Positions 40,764 through 52,973 of a stretch of 64,000 bases of DNA are shown piece after piece. Source of the stretch: an uncultured Thermoleophilia bacterium. Lineage in GTDB: Bacteria; Actinomycetota; Thermoleophilia; UBA2241. Where the stretch lies: the NCBI GenBank assembly GCA_963702475.1, contig CAVPCT010000005.1:448001-512000 (forward strand). The letters are read 5' to 3'. The notes beneath the pieces were generated by a model. The model was given only the letters and a program-made list of their open reading frames with translations. It did no database searches and was not told the DNA's origin. The position numbers and the translations under genes are program-made. The first letter of the stretch is position 1. Each line of letters begins with the position of its first letter.

Positions 40764-41540
40764 ATGACCCAGCCCGAGACCGTCGCGACCATCCTCGCCG
40801 AGCTCGGCGACGCCCCGGCCGAGCGGGTCCTGGCCGACGCGGCCGCCCGCTTTCCGGGCCGCGTCGCCTTCGCCTCGTCGCTCGGCGCCGAGGACCAGGT
40901 GCTCACGCACATGATCGCCGAAGCCGGCCTGGACATCGCGATCTTCACGCTCGACACCGGCCGCCTCTACCCCGAGACCTACGACCTGCTCGACCGCACC
41001 GCCAAGCACTACGGCCTGTGCATCAAGACGTACTTCCCGGCCGCCGCCGAGGTCGAGAAGATGGTCGACAGGGACGGCGTGAACCTCTTCCGCGACAGCA
41101 TCGAGGCGCGTCACCGCTGCTGCGAGGTGCGCAAGATCATGCCGCTGCGGCGCGCGCAGCTCGAGCTGGACGCCTGGATCTGCGGCCTGCGCAGCGGCCA
41201 GGGCATGACGCGGCAGAGGGTGGAGATCGCCGAGTGGGACCAGCTCGCGGACATGGTCAAGATCAACCCGCTGGCCGCTTGGGACGAGGCCCGCGTGTGG
41301 GAGTACATCCGTGCTCACGACGTGCCGTACAACCCGCTCCACGACCAGGGCTTCCCGAGCATCGGCTGCGCGCCGTGCACGCGCGCCGTCGCCGAGGGCG
41401 AGGACTGGCGCGCCGGCCGCTGGTGGTGGGAGCTGCCCGAGCACCGCGAGTGCGGGCTGCACGACCGCGCGGCGAGGATCCCCGGCAGCGCCGCCGACAC
41501 GGCCACGGCGCCTGCCGCCGTCGCCGGCGCGGACGCCTGA
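40764..41540 (+). CDS. cysH: Adenylylsulfate (APS) reductase, CysH family
   Basis: TLDTG, RCCEVRK, YNPLHDQGFPSIGCAPCT, RAGRW, ECGLH (Fe-S cysteines present). Confidence 0.93.
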   Translation: MTQPETVATILAELGDAPAERVLADAAARFPGRVAFASSLGAEDQVLTHMIAEAGLDIAIFTLDTGRLYPETYDLLDRTAKHYGLCIKTYFPAAAEVEKMVDRDGVNLFRDSIEARHRCCEVRKIMPLRRAQLELDAWICGLRSGQGMTRQRVEIAEWDQLADMVKINPLAAWDEARVWEYIRAHDVPYNPLHDQGFPSIGCAPCTRAVAEGEDWRAGRWWWELPEHRECGLHDRAARIPGSAADTATAPAAVAGADA

Positions 41541-41549
41541 GGCCGGCAC

Positions 41550-42431
41550 GTGAACCAACTGGACACCCTCGAGGCAAAGAGCGTCCACATCCTGCGCGAG
41601 GCGTACCGCTCCCTTGGCAACGTCTGCATGCTCTGGTCTATCGGCAAGGACAGCACCGTGCTGCTGCACCTGGCGCGCAAGGCCTTCTTCGGCCACGTGC
41701 CGATCCCGCTCGTGCACATCGACACGGCCTACAAGATGCCGGAGATGATCGAGTACCGCGACCGCCTGGCGCTGGAGTGGCACCTCAATCTCGTCGTCGG
41801 CCAGAACCGCGCGGCGCTCGAGCAGAAGGCCACGTTCCCCGACGGCAACGCCGACCGCATCACCTGCTGCCGCAACCTCAAGACGCTGGCTCTGAAGCAC
41901 ACGCTCTCAGGAGAGTGGACGCGGCAGCGCATGGACCACACCCTGGGCCGCCTCGTTGATGACGAGGACCACACGCCGTACACGGGAGTCATCGTCGGCG
42001 TGCGCGCGGACGAAGAGGGCTCGCGCTCCAAGGAGCGCTACTTCTCCCCCAGGGACGTCGAGAACGACTGGAACGTCGACGACCAGCCGCCGGAGCTGTG
42101 GCGCTACTTCAAGACCGACTTCGAGCCGGGCACGCACGTGCGCGTGCACCCGCTGCTCGACTGGACCGAGCTGAACGTGTGGGAGTACATCGAGCGCGAG
42201 AGCATCCCCGTCACCTCGCTGTACTTCGACGACGGCAGCGGCACGCGTTGCCGGTCCCTGGGCTGCTGGCCGTGCACGACGCCGGTGCAGTCCACGGCCA
42301 CCGACGTGGCCGAGATCATCGAAGAGCTGCGCACCGGCAAGTTCAGCAACATCGCCGAGCGCAGCGGCCGGGCTCAGGACAAGGACGACGGCGGCGGCCT
42401 GGAGTCGCTGCGCCGCGGGGGGTACATGTGA
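41550..42431 (+). CDS. cysD: Sulfate adenylyltransferase subunit 2
   Basis: [50 protein letters not shown]. Confidence 0.94.
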   Translation: MNQLDTLEAKSVHILREAYRSLGNVCMLWSIGKDSTVLLHLARKAFFGHVPIPLVHIDTAYKMPEMIEYRDRLALEWHLNLVVGQNRAALEQKATFPDGNADRITCCRNLKTLALKHTLSGEWTRQRMDHTLGRLVDDEDHTPYTGVIVGVRADEEGSRSKERYFSPRDVENDWNVDDQPPELWRYFKTDFEPGTHVRVHPLLDWTELNVWEYIERESIPVTSLYFDDGSGTRCRSLGCWPCTTPVQSTATDVAEIIEELRTGKFSNIAERSGRAQDKDDGGGLESLRRGGYM

Positions 42432-44242
42432 GCACTCAGCCCAGTTGCCGCCCGCCGCAGACCGACCCGCCGGGCGTCTCGGCCTTCGACCTCGAGCGTC
42501 TCGACATCGTCGCCGTCGGCCACGTGGACCACGGCAAGAGCACCGTCATCGGCCGCCTCATGGCCGATACCGGCTCGCTGCCCGACGGCAAGCTCGACCA
42601 GGTGCGCGCCATGTGCGCCACCAACGCGCGCCCCTTCGAGTATGCCTTCCTTCTGGATGCCCTGAAGAACGAGCAGGCGCAGGGCATCACCATCGACACG
42701 GCGCGTTGCTTCTTCACCACCCCGCGCCGTCACTACATCATCCACGACGCCCCCGGGCACGTGGAGTTCCTCAAGAACATGATCACCGGGGCGTCGCGAG
42801 CGCAGGCTGCGCTGCTCGTCATCGACGCGCACGAGGGCGTCAAGGAGAACAGCAAGCGGCACGGCTACATCCTCAGCATGCTCGGCATCCGCCAGATCAG
42901 CGTGCTCGTCAACAAGATGGACCTCCTGGGCTGGGACGAGGCCGAGTACCAGGCCATCGTGGACGAGTACGCCGACTTCCTCGGACGCCTCGGCGTGCAC
43001 CCGCGAAGCTTCATCCCGGTGAGCGCGCGCGACGGCGACAACATCGTCGAGCGCGCCCTGGCCGCGCCCTGGTACGACGGCCCGACGGTGCTGGAGCAGG
43101 TCGAGGCGTTCGAGCGCCTCGACGACGACCTCGACCGGCCGTTCCGCATGCCCTTGCAGGACGTGTACAAGTTCACGGCGGCCGGCGACGACCGGCGCAT
43201 CTTCGTCGGCACCGTCGAGACCGGCCGCGTGCACCCCGGCGACGACGTCGTCTTTCTCCCGTCGGGCAAGCGCTCGAAGGTCAAGACGATCGAGGCGCTC
43301 TCGGGCCCGCGGCCCGAGGAGGCGTTCGCCGGCCAGGCCACGGGCCTCACGCTCGACACCCAGGTCTACACCAAGCCCGGCGAGCTCATGGTGCGCGCCG
43401 ACCAAGCCGGGCCGCTGGTCGCGACACGCCTGCGCGCCAACGTCTTCTGGATGAACAGCGCACCGCTGGTGCGCGGGCGCAGGTACGTGCTGCGCATGGG
43501 CGCCGCCCGCGTGCCCGTCGAGCTCGAGAGCGTGCTCAGCGTGCTCGACGAGCAGGAGCTGGAGTCCGTCACGGGCGCCGGCCAGGTCGAACGGCACGAC
43601 GTCGCCGAGATCGTGCTGCGGGCCATCCGTCCGGTGGCGTTCGACCCCGCCGACGTCCTGGAGCCGACCTCCCGCTTCGTCATCGTGCACGGCTGGGACA
43701 CGGCCGGCTGCGGCATCGTGATCGAGGGTCTGCCCGACGCGGCCGAGGACTCCGGCGCGGAGCGACGCTTCGCGGGCGGAGACATCGGTCCGGAGGAGCG
43801 CGCGGCGCGCTACGGGCACGCCGGCCGTGCCGTGGTGTTCGTCGCGGAGACGGGTGAGGCGGCGGGCCAGGCGGCGGCGGCCCTGGAGCGCCGGCTCTTC
43901 GACCGCGGCGTGCACTCGTACTGCCTCAGCGCCACCGACCTCGGCGACGACAAGGACGTTCTCGGCCGCGAGGCTCAGCTGCGCCGCCTCGGCGAGATCG
44001 CCTGGGCCATGACCGACGCCGGCGTCGTGCTGGTGGCGGCGCTCGGCGACATGGACCGCTTCGACCTCGAGCACCTCAAAGCGCTCGCCGCCCCGCACGA
44101 GGTCTACGTGATCGGCACCGGCGAGTCCGGCGACCTGCAGGCCGACCTCGAGCTTCCGGCCTCGCTGTCCGTGGACGAGGCGGCGGAGCAGGCGCTGAGC
44201 GCCCTCGCCGCCGCCGGCGTGGTGTCCGGGCTGCCTGCCTGA
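42428..44242 (+). CDS. cysN: Sulfate adenylyltransferase subunit 1 (GTPase) with a degenerate C-terminal APS-kinase-like domain
   Basis: [34 protein letters not shown]; GTGA overlap with cysD. Confidence 0.92.
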   Translation: MSTQPSCRPPQTDPPGVSAFDLERLDIVAVGHVDHGKSTVIGRLMADTGSLPDGKLDQVRAMCATNARPFEYAFLLDALKNEQAQGITIDTARCFFTTPRRHYIIHDAPGHVEFLKNMITGASRAQAALLVIDAHEGVKENSKRHGYILSMLGIRQISVLVNKMDLLGWDEAEYQAIVDEYADFLGRLGVHPRSFIPVSARDGDNIVERALAAPWYDGPTVLEQVEAFERLDDDLDRPFRMPLQDVYKFTAAGDDRRIFVGTVETGRVHPGDDVVFLPSGKRSKVKTIEALSGPRPEEAFAGQATGLTLDTQVYTKPGELMVRADQAGPLVATRLRANVFWMNSAPLVRGRRYVLRMGAARVPVELESVLSVLDEQELESVTGAGQVERHDVAEIVLRAIRPVAFDPADVLEPTSRFVIVHGWDTAGCGIVIEGLPDAAEDSGAERRFAGGDIGPEERAARYGHAGRAVVFVAETGEAAGQAAAALERRLFDRGVHSYCLSATDLGDDKDVLGREAQLRRLGEIAWAMTDAGVVLVAALGDMDRFDLEHLKALAAPHEVYVIGTGESGDLQADLELPASLSVDEAAEQALSALAAAGVVSGLPA

Positions 44243-44343
44243 ACCGTGCTGTTCGAAGGGGGGCGTGCCTGCGACGCGCCGCCCCGGATTCACCCACGCT
44301 TTTTCGGTGGCGGCGCAGACGGCCCCCGGGGTACCTTGGGTGC

Positions 44344-45480
44344 ATGGAGACGACCGGGGGCATCTCGACCGCGCATCCCCTCCCCTCCCGGGAAGAGATG
44401 CTCGCCGCGCTGTACGACCGGGACGCGTCGTGCGACGCGCTCTTCTACGCCGCTGTGACGACCACCGGCGTCTTCTGCCGCCCGTCGTGCCCGGCACGCG
44501 ACCCGCGCCCCGAGCACGTCGAGTTCTACGCCACGGCCCGCGAAGCGCTGCTGGCAGGCTTCCGGCCCTGCCGCCGGTGCCGGCCGCTGGAGATCGCGGC
44601 GGGCGCCCCGCCGTGGGTGGCGGCGCTCATCGCCCGCGTGGAGGCCGACCCGTCGGCGCGCATCAGCGACGCGGACCTGCGCGCCGAGGGCCTCGACCCC
44701 GCCGCCGTGCGGCGTCACTTCAAGCAGACGCTCGGCATGACCTTCCAGGCGTACTCGCGCTCGCGACGGCTCGGGGCAGCCTTCGCCGCCCTGCGCTCCG
44801 GTACGTCGCTCGACGAGGTCGTGTTCGAGCACGGCTGGTCGTCACACTCGGGCTTCCGCGACGCCTTTCAGCGCGCCACTGGAGCGCCGCCGGGCGCGGC
44901 CGCGCGACGCGACCGCCGCGCCGGCACCACAGGACCCGACGTGGTCGCAGACCCCGTGCGGCTGGCCTGGATCGACACGCCGCTGGGGACGATGATCGCC
45001 GGCGCCACGAGCGACGCCCTCTGTCTGCTCGAGTTCCTGGACCAGCGGATGATGGAGGCCCGGCTGGAGACCCTCAGCCGCCGCACGGGGAGGCCGGTCA
45101 TCGCCGGCGAGACCTCGCTGCTCGCCGCGCTGCGCGAGCAGCTCACAGAGTACTTCGCCGGCACGCGGCACGACTTCGACCTGCCGCTGGACTGCCCGGG
45201 CTCGCCGTTCCAGCGACGCGTCTGGCACGGCCTGCGCCGCATCCCCTACGGCGAGACCCGCACTTACGGCGAGCTGGCGCGAGAGATCGGCGCGCCCGGC
45301 GCGGCCCGCGCCGTCGGCCGCGCCAACGGGCTGAACCGGATCGCCGTCGTCATCCCCTGCCACCGGGTCGTGGCGGCCGGCGGCGGCCTCGGCGGCTACG
45401 GCGGCGGGCTCTGGCGTAAGCTCCGACTGCTGGAGACCGAGGGGGCGCTGCCGGGACCCGGTCAGTCCGCCCTCAGGTAG
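44344..45480 (+). CDS. ada: Bifunctional Ada regulator / O6-methylguanine-DNA methyltransferase
   Basis: TTGVFCRPSC, GFRPCRRC, AraC-type HTH, IPYGETRTY, IPCHRVV. Confidence 0.94.
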   Translation: METTGGISTAHPLPSREEMLAALYDRDASCDALFYAAVTTTGVFCRPSCPARDPRPEHVEFYATAREALLAGFRPCRRCRPLEIAAGAPPWVAALIARVEADPSARISDADLRAEGLDPAAVRRHFKQTLGMTFQAYSRSRRLGAAFAALRSGTSLDEVVFEHGWSSHSGFRDAFQRATGAPPGAAARRDRRAGTTGPDVVADPVRLAWIDTPLGTMIAGATSDALCLLEFLDQRMMEARLETLSRRTGRPVIAGETSLLAALREQLTEYFAGTRHDFDLPLDCPGSPFQRRVWHGLRRIPYGETRTYGELAREIGAPGAARAVGRANGLNRIAVVIPCHRVVAAGGGLGGYGGGLWRKLRLLETEGALPGPGQSALR

Positions 45481-45546
45481 CCGGCGCCGCTCCCGGGGAT
45501 ACTGAGAGCGAAGCGCGCCGCCGGCGCGCCGGGAGACGGGGGCCGC

Positions 45547-46428
45547 GTGGACGACCGGGTCGCCTTCTACGCCCGCTGGGCCTGGCGCAGCGTCGTCCTC
45601 CGCGACGTGCGACCACTCATCTACGGCGTGGCGCTCACCGACCGCTGCAACCTCCGTTGCCGGGGCTGCGCCATCCCGGGCGCGGAGCGCCCCGACATCA
45701 GCTGGAGCGAGCTGGAGGCCCTGCTGGGCGACGCCCGCCGCCGCGGGTTCCGCGAGGTCTACTACAGCGGCGGCGAACCGCTGCTGTGGCGAGACGGCGG
45801 GCGCACCCTCGACGACGCCGTCCTGCTCGCCCGCCGTCTCGGCTTCTACCACGTCCACGTGTACACGAACGGCACCCTCGGTCTGGCTACGCCGGCGGAC
45901 CTCGTCTGGGTGAGCATGGACGGCCTCCCCGGCACCTTCGAGCGCCGGCGCGGCGACCACTTCGCGGAGGTGGAGGCGGCCGTCCGCGAGCCCGGGCACC
46001 CCAAGGCCGCGGTCCTCTACGTGATCGACAGGGCCACGCGGCACGGCGTCGAGCCCTTCCTTCGCTGGGTGCGCGACACGCGGCTGCCGGTGCTGGGCGT
46101 GATGTTCTACGTGCACACGCCGTACTACGGCTACGACGACCTGTTCCTCGACGCGCGCGAGCGCGCGCACGCGATCGATCTCGTCCTGGGCTGCCTCGAC
46201 CAGGGACTCCCCGTCCTCAACTCGCGCGCCGGGTTGCTCGCGCTGCGGTCCGGCGCCTGGGCGAGACGCACGCCGGCGGCGGCCGTCGCCGACGTGGACG
46301 GCGAGTCGGTGTGTTGCCGGGCGCCGGACTGGTGCTGCGCGGACTGCGGGTACGCAGCATGCACGGAGATCGTCGAGGCGCTCCGCCTGCGGCCGAGCGC
46401 AGTGCTGGCGATGACGAGGTACTGGTGA
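45547..46428 (+). CDS. Radical SAM protein with Cys-rich C-terminus
   Basis: CNLRCRGC, SGGEPLL, YTNG, SMDG; CCR...CCADCGYAAC. Confidence 0.88.
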   Translation: MDDRVAFYARWAWRSVVLRDVRPLIYGVALTDRCNLRCRGCAIPGAERPDISWSELEALLGDARRRGFREVYYSGGEPLLWRDGGRTLDDAVLLARRLGFYHVHVYTNGTLGLATPADLVWVSMDGLPGTFERRRGDHFAEVEAAVREPGHPKAAVLYVIDRATRHGVEPFLRWVRDTRLPVLGVMFYVHTPYYGYDDLFLDARERAHAIDLVLGCLDQGLPVLNSRAGLLALRSGAWARRTPAAAVADVDGESVCCRAPDWCCADCGYAACTEIVEALRLRPSAVLAMTRYW

Positions 46429-47720
46429 GCACGGCCGGACACGGCGCGGCGCGTCTGGTCACCAGAGCCGCACGCCGCCACCTCGTCGGGCCCGGACAGC
46501 CTTGGGTGTTCCGGCCGCCGGAGCCGGGCTACGTGCCTTCCCCTGTCGCGCGCACATCGCTGTACCTGCACGTGCCTTTCTGTCGCAACGCCTGCCCGTA
46601 CTGCCCCTACACCAAGGTCGCCTACCGACCGGAGCTGGTGCCGGGGTGGCGGGACGCGGCCCTCGCCGAGGCCGAGTGGTGGGCGCGCAGCGTCGGCCCG
46701 GCGGAGGTGACCAGCATCTACGTGGGTGGAGGCACGCCCACGCTCGCGCTGGAGGCGGTGGCGGCGGTGCTCGACGGCCTCCGCCGGCTGTTCCGCGTCG
46801 GCGGCGACGTGTGCGTGGAGACGAGCCCGGCCGACGTCGACGCCGGGCTCGTCCCCCGCCTGCACGAGGCGGGCGTGACCATGGTGTCGCTCGGGGTGCA
46901 GTCCTTCGTGGAGCGCCACCTGCAGGCCATCGGGCGCCGGTACGGCCCGGCGGACGCAGAAGAGGCTCTGGACCGGCTGGCCGGCGGCGGCTTCGCGGCC
47001 GTGAACGCCGACATCCTGTTCGCCCTGCCCGGCCAGACGGCGGACGACGTGGTCGCCGACCTGCGACACGCCGCCGCCCTCGGCGCCGACCAGGTCACCA
47101 CCTACCCGCTGTTCACGTTCCCCTACACCGACGTCGGCCGGTACCTGCGCCTGCACGGCGTGCGCCTGCCCGACCTGCGCACGCGCCGCGAGCACTACCG
47201 CGCGATCTGCGCCTGGGCGCGTGCGGAGGGCTTCGAACGAGTGTCGGTGTGGGGGTTCCGCCGCGGCTCCGCGCCGCGCTACTCGTCGGTGACGCGCGAC
47301 GGGTACATCGGCATAGGGCCGGGGGCCGGTTCACACCTCCCCGACGGCTTCGTGCTCGACACATTCGACCTGGACGCGTGGCGCGACGCCTGTCTGGCGG
47401 GCGGCGGCGCGCTCGCGCTGCGGCTGCCGTTCGCGGCCCACATGAGCGGCTGGTGGTGGCTGTACTGGCGCGTGTACGACACGCGCATCCCCGACGCCGG
47501 CCTGGATCCGCTGCTGGGTCCGGACGCCGCCAAGGCGCGACGCTGGCTGCGCGGCCTGCAGGCCGCCGCGCTCGTGCGCCGTCGCGGCGGCGCCTGGGAG
47601 TTGACGGACGAGGGCGCGTTCTGGCTGCACCTCGCCCAGAACCACTTCGCCCTCGCCTACGTGGACCGTCTGTGGACGGCCGGGCGGCGCGAGCCGTGGC
47701 CGGCGGCGGTCGCGCTGTGA
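46425..47720 (+). CDS. HemN-like (class C) radical SAM protein
   Basis: LYLHVPFCRNACPYCPY, SIYVGGGTPT, SLGVQSF, YIGIGPGAGS; GTGA overlap with the upstream gene. Confidence 0.88.
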   Translation: MSTAGHGAARLVTRAARRHLVGPGQPWVFRPPEPGYVPSPVARTSLYLHVPFCRNACPYCPYTKVAYRPELVPGWRDAALAEAEWWARSVGPAEVTSIYVGGGTPTLALEAVAAVLDGLRRLFRVGGDVCVETSPADVDAGLVPRLHEAGVTMVSLGVQSFVERHLQAIGRRYGPADAEEALDRLAGGGFAAVNADILFALPGQTADDVVADLRHAAALGADQVTTYPLFTFPYTDVGRYLRLHGVRLPDLRTRREHYRAICAWARAEGFERVSVWGFRRGSAPRYSSVTRDGYIGIGPGAGSHLPDGFVLDTFDLDAWRDACLAGGGALALRLPFAAHMSGWWWLYWRVYDTRIPDAGLDPLLGPDAAKARRWLRGLQAAALVRRRGGAWELTDEGAFWLHLAQNHFALAYVDRLWTAGRREPWPAAVAL

Positions 47721-47898
47721 AGGGGGAGGGCACGGGCTGCGCACGGCGCGGCGCGAGCTGTGGCCGGCGGCGGTCGCGCGCGGAGCGCCGGATGGCCCGA
47801 GCCGGCGCAGGCTGCGGCCACACACGCTTCGGGCCGCACACCGCGGGACGTCCGCACGTCCCTCGCCCACGCGGCGAGTCACACTGGGGAGGTCGGAG

Positions 47899-48387
47899 AT
47901 GAGACGACGAGGGACGAAGCGGAGCCTGGCGGCCGCGACGCTGGCGGCCGTGACGGTCGCGGTCATCGCGACCCTCGGTCTGGCGATGTCGGGGTGCGGC
48001 GGCTCCGAGAGCTCTGACGTCGCGTCGCCGGCACCCACGGACACCGCCTCCCTGCCCGCGGGCGGCGCGGCCGGCGGCACCAAGCTGGCGCCCGGCCTGT
48101 ACGATCTCGAGGACGGCACGGTGCAGGCGGTCGGCACAGTCGAGTACCGCGACCTCGAGGGCGGCTTCTGGGCCGTCGTCGGCGGCACACAGGCCGAGGG
48201 CGACGAGGGCGAAGTGGTCGCGGTCATCGTCAACGGTGACGAGTTCGCCGACGAGTTCCGCGCCAACGAAGGCATGTCGTTCGTGATCGACGGCGAGCGC
48301 GCGGGCGAAGCCTCGATCCGCATGGCCGGGCCGGAGATCACCGCCACGGGCGTCACGCTCGCCGCCGAGGGCGGCCCCGCGGACTGA
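47899..48387 (+). CDS. Hypothetical lipoprotein
   Basis: GGGAGG RBS; signal peptide with MSGC lipobox; GTVEYRDLEGGFW motif. Confidence 0.78.
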   Translation: MRRRGTKRSLAAATLAAVTVAVIATLGLAMSGCGGSESSDVASPAPTDTASLPAGGAAGGTKLAPGLYDLEDGTVQAVGTVEYRDLEGGFWAVVGGTQAEGDEGEVVAVIVNGDEFADEFRANEGMSFVIDGERAGEASIRMAGPEITATGVTLAAEGGPAD

Positions 48388-48635
48388 CGCCGGCGGCGCC
48401 GAGACCGGCGGCGCCCGCCACTCCGCGCTCGCCGGTGAATCCGTCATCCTGACGGTAGACATCAGTTCGATGGCGAGACATTTGCCTCCGTATGCACTAA
48501 ACTGTGCCGCGGGCCGGTCAGAGGCTCAGGAGTTGGCGGCGTGACCATAAGCTGGACCGCCGGCGTGTACAGCGGTCAGTCGGTGGTCACGTCGTTCAGT
48601 TAAAAGCCCTGCGGGGGCGGAAAAGGATGCGTCAA

Positions 48636-48839
48636 ATGGCAGAAGGCACCGTCAAGTGGTTCAACGCGGCCAAGGGGTATGGCTTCATTTCGCGGGAGGA
48701 TGGTGACGACCTGTTCGTGCACTTCCGCGAGATCCAGGAGGATGGTTTCCGCACCCTGGACGAGGGCCAGAGGGTCTCGTTCGATGTCACTCAGGGCCAG
48801 AACGGCAAGATGCAGGCGAGCAACGTCCGCAAGGTCTGA
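48636..48839 (+). CDS. cspA: Cold-shock protein
   Basis: [18 protein letters not shown]...DLFVHF..I...[13 protein letters not shown]. Confidence 0.96.
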   Translation: MAEGTVKWFNAAKGYGFISREDGDDLFVHFREIQEDGFRTLDEGQRVSFDVTQGQNGKMQASNVRKV

Positions 48840-48864
48840 CGCCGTTACGTCATCTGCGGTTTCG

Positions 48865-48898
48865 CACGAAAGGCGGCCCCTCGGGGCCGCCTTTCGTG
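48865..48898 (+). terminator. Intrinsic terminator after cspA
   Basis: cacgaaaggcggcccc-tc-ggggccgcctttcgtg. Confidence 0.8.
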
Positions 48899-48942
48899 TG
48901 TCCGGGGCCGACGACGACGCCGCGGTCGGATAGCATCGCGCC

Positions 48943-49659
48943 GTGAGGCTCTCCCGCACCCCCATCGACGCGCTCACCGTGGACGGCCTGCGCTTCGAGG
49001 TGCGCTGGAGCAGGCGCCGGCGCACGATCGGTCTCACCGTCGCCCGGGACGGCGGGTTGCGCGCACTGGCGCCCGCCGGCACCCCCACCCGCCGGCTCGA
49101 GCAGGTCGTGCGCGACAAGCTGCCGTGGGTGCGGCGCAAGCTCGCCGAGCTCGAGGCCATGGGGCCGCCTGCGGCGGCCCCGGTCCTCGTGGACGGCGAG
49201 CGCCTCCCGTACCTGGGGCGTTCCCACACGCTGCGCCTCGTCGACGGACCGGCCGCGCCCTTCGCCCTGCGGCGCGGCCGCTTCGAGCTCGATCGCGCCC
49301 TGGACGGAGACGCGCGCCCGGCCGTCGTGCGCTGGTACACGGCGCGCGGGCAGGCGCACTTTGAAGCCCGCGTCGCCCACTTCGCCCCGCTCGTCGGCGC
49401 CACCCCGGCCGCCGTGGTGGTGCGCGACCTCGGGACACGCCGCTGGGGAGTGTGCGACGGCCGGCGGCGCGTGATCACCTTCCACTGGGAGCTCGTGCTG
49501 CAGGCGCTCGACGCCGTGGACTACGTGGTCGTGCACGAGCTCGCGCACCTGCACGAGCCGAACCACCAGGCGGCGTTCTGGCGCCACGTGGAGGCCGTGC
49601 TGCCGGACTGGAAGGCACGGCGGGCGCTGCTCACAGGGGTCGGCCGGCGCGTCGTCTGA
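48943..49659 (+). CDS. YgjP/M48-like metal-dependent hydrolase (DUF45)
   Basis: RRRRTIGL, RWGVC, DYVVVHELAHL.E.NH..AFW. Confidence 0.88.
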   Translation: MRLSRTPIDALTVDGLRFEVRWSRRRRTIGLTVARDGGLRALAPAGTPTRRLEQVVRDKLPWVRRKLAELEAMGPPAAAPVLVDGERLPYLGRSHTLRLVDGPAAPFALRRGRFELDRALDGDARPAVVRWYTARGQAHFEARVAHFAPLVGATPAAVVVRDLGTRRWGVCDGRRRVITFHWELVLQALDAVDYVVVHELAHLHEPNHQAAFWRHVEAVLPDWKARRALLTGVGRRVV

Positions 49660-49729
49660 GCGGCGCGCGTCGGAGCGGGCGCGCCGCGGGCGCCGCTCTC
49701 CCCGGTCGCCGCCACCCGCCGGGAACCGC

Positions 49730-50197
49730 TCAGCCGGCGGCCCTGACCTCGTCGTGCCGCCGCCCCCAGAGGATGCGGCGGCGGCGCTTCTCTGAGCCGC
49801 GCCGCCGCACCTCGATGCCGGCGAGGTAGTCGAAGACCATCTCGACCCGGTCGCCGGCGACGCTCCAGATGTGGATGAAGGGCAGCGGCATCACCTCCCA
49901 CGCGCCGCGCGGGCGCGTGCGGAACCTGCCGCCGACCACCAGGCGCGAGCGCCTCTCGGAGAAGGCCCAGATGCGCAGGTCCACGCCGGTGATCTCCCAG
50001 TGCGACGGCAGGGCGGCGGCGAACAGCTCCATGGCCACCACCTCGCGAGTGGCGTACACGCCGCCGCCCCCGCCGACGTCGCACACGACCCACTCGGGCG
50101 GGTCGTCCTGTTCCTGGTGGAACATGGCCAGCACGTCGCGGGGGGCGCCGGGGCCGACCGCCCGGTAGCCACGGCGGATGCGTTCAAGCGCGTCCAT
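49730..50197 (-). CDS. SnoaL/NTF2-like hypothetical protein
   Basis: MDALERIRRGY.A start, LPFIHIWSV.GDRV..V.DY ending. Confidence 0.65.
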   Translation of the reverse strand: MDALERIRRGYRAVGPGAPRDVLAMFHQEQDDPPEWVVCDVGGGGGVYATREVVAMELFAAALPSHWEITGVDLRIWAFSERRSRLVVGGRFRTRPRGAWEVMPLPFIHIWSVAGDRVEMVFDYLAGIEVRRRGSEKRRRRILWGRRHDEVRAAG

Positions 50198-50280
50198 ACC
50201 GGCGTTTTCCCCGCCCCCGCGGCTGTGGTATCCTCTGCCTCCCGCGGGGCGCACGGCCTCGCCGCGCGCGCCGCGCCCGT

Positions 50281-50355
50281 GGGCGATTAGCTCAGTGGGA
50301 GAGCGCCCGCCTCACACGCGGGAGGTCGTTGGTTCAAATCCAACATCGCCCACCA
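50281..50355 (+). tRNA. tRNA-Val(CAC)
   Basis: GGGCGAT/ATCGCCC acceptor stem, CCCGC-CTCACAC-GCGGG anticodon arm, GGTTCAAATCC, CCA. Confidence 0.96.
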
Positions 50356-50790
50356 CCGCCTCCCTGCACTTCCCGCCAGTCGCCTCGACGCCCGCGCACT
50401 GGACCTCGAGCGCGAGGCAGCACCAGACTGCCTTCCCCGCTTGTTCCGCATCGTGGACGGCACGACATCCTCTCGCACCGACGGCTCTAGCACAATGACT
50501 TCCGCATTGCGGACACCTCGACGCATGTGCCACCCCGAGGCAGCTGCTTCGTCCACTGTGATGAACCTCCCGCAAGGGCTTGCTTTCCGGCGCGCATATC
50601 ACTAACCTCAGCGATTGGCCATGCCCCTCATGTTCGAGGCGCGCACCGCCGTCGAAGTGACCGCTTGTTCCGCATGACGGTCACCGGCGCGCCGGTCGAG
50701 GAGAGTTCCCCACGACCCCGGTCCGGGCACCGCCACGGGACAGTGCATATCCACGACGAACCGCTGAACGGTTCATGGGAGGTGAACAGG

Positions 50791-52743
<1,953 letters not shown>

Positions 52744-52769
52744 TCGGCGCCGCGCGCTGACGAGAGTCA

Positions 52770-52809
52770 CGGAGAGGGCCGGCGGCCGCAGGGTCGCCGG
52801 CCCTCTCCG
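52770..52809 (+). terminator. GC-rich 18-bp hairpin after acs (no U-tract)
   Basis: cggagagggccggcggcc-gcag-ggtcgccggccctctccg. Confidence 0.6.
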
Positions 52810-52973
52810 CGTTCCGGACCGCTCGCGGCGGGATGACCCCGGGCGCCTCCCGGCGTAGAGTAGGAAGGGTCCCCCGCGAGTGACCCTGCCGCGCCGTGCG
52901 CTGCCCCCCGCACGACGCGCGCACCGCTTCGCGCGGGACCCTGCGGACAATCACGGACGACGGGACGTACATC

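Noticed and set aside
46425-47720. Calling the gene hemN (coproporphyrinogen dehydrogenase)
   Set aside because: The HemN-like fold covers many functions and there is no heme biosynthesis context
50555-50575. CRP-like site (TGTGA-N6-TCCCG) upstream of acs
   Set aside because: The second half-site is too degenerate to support a call
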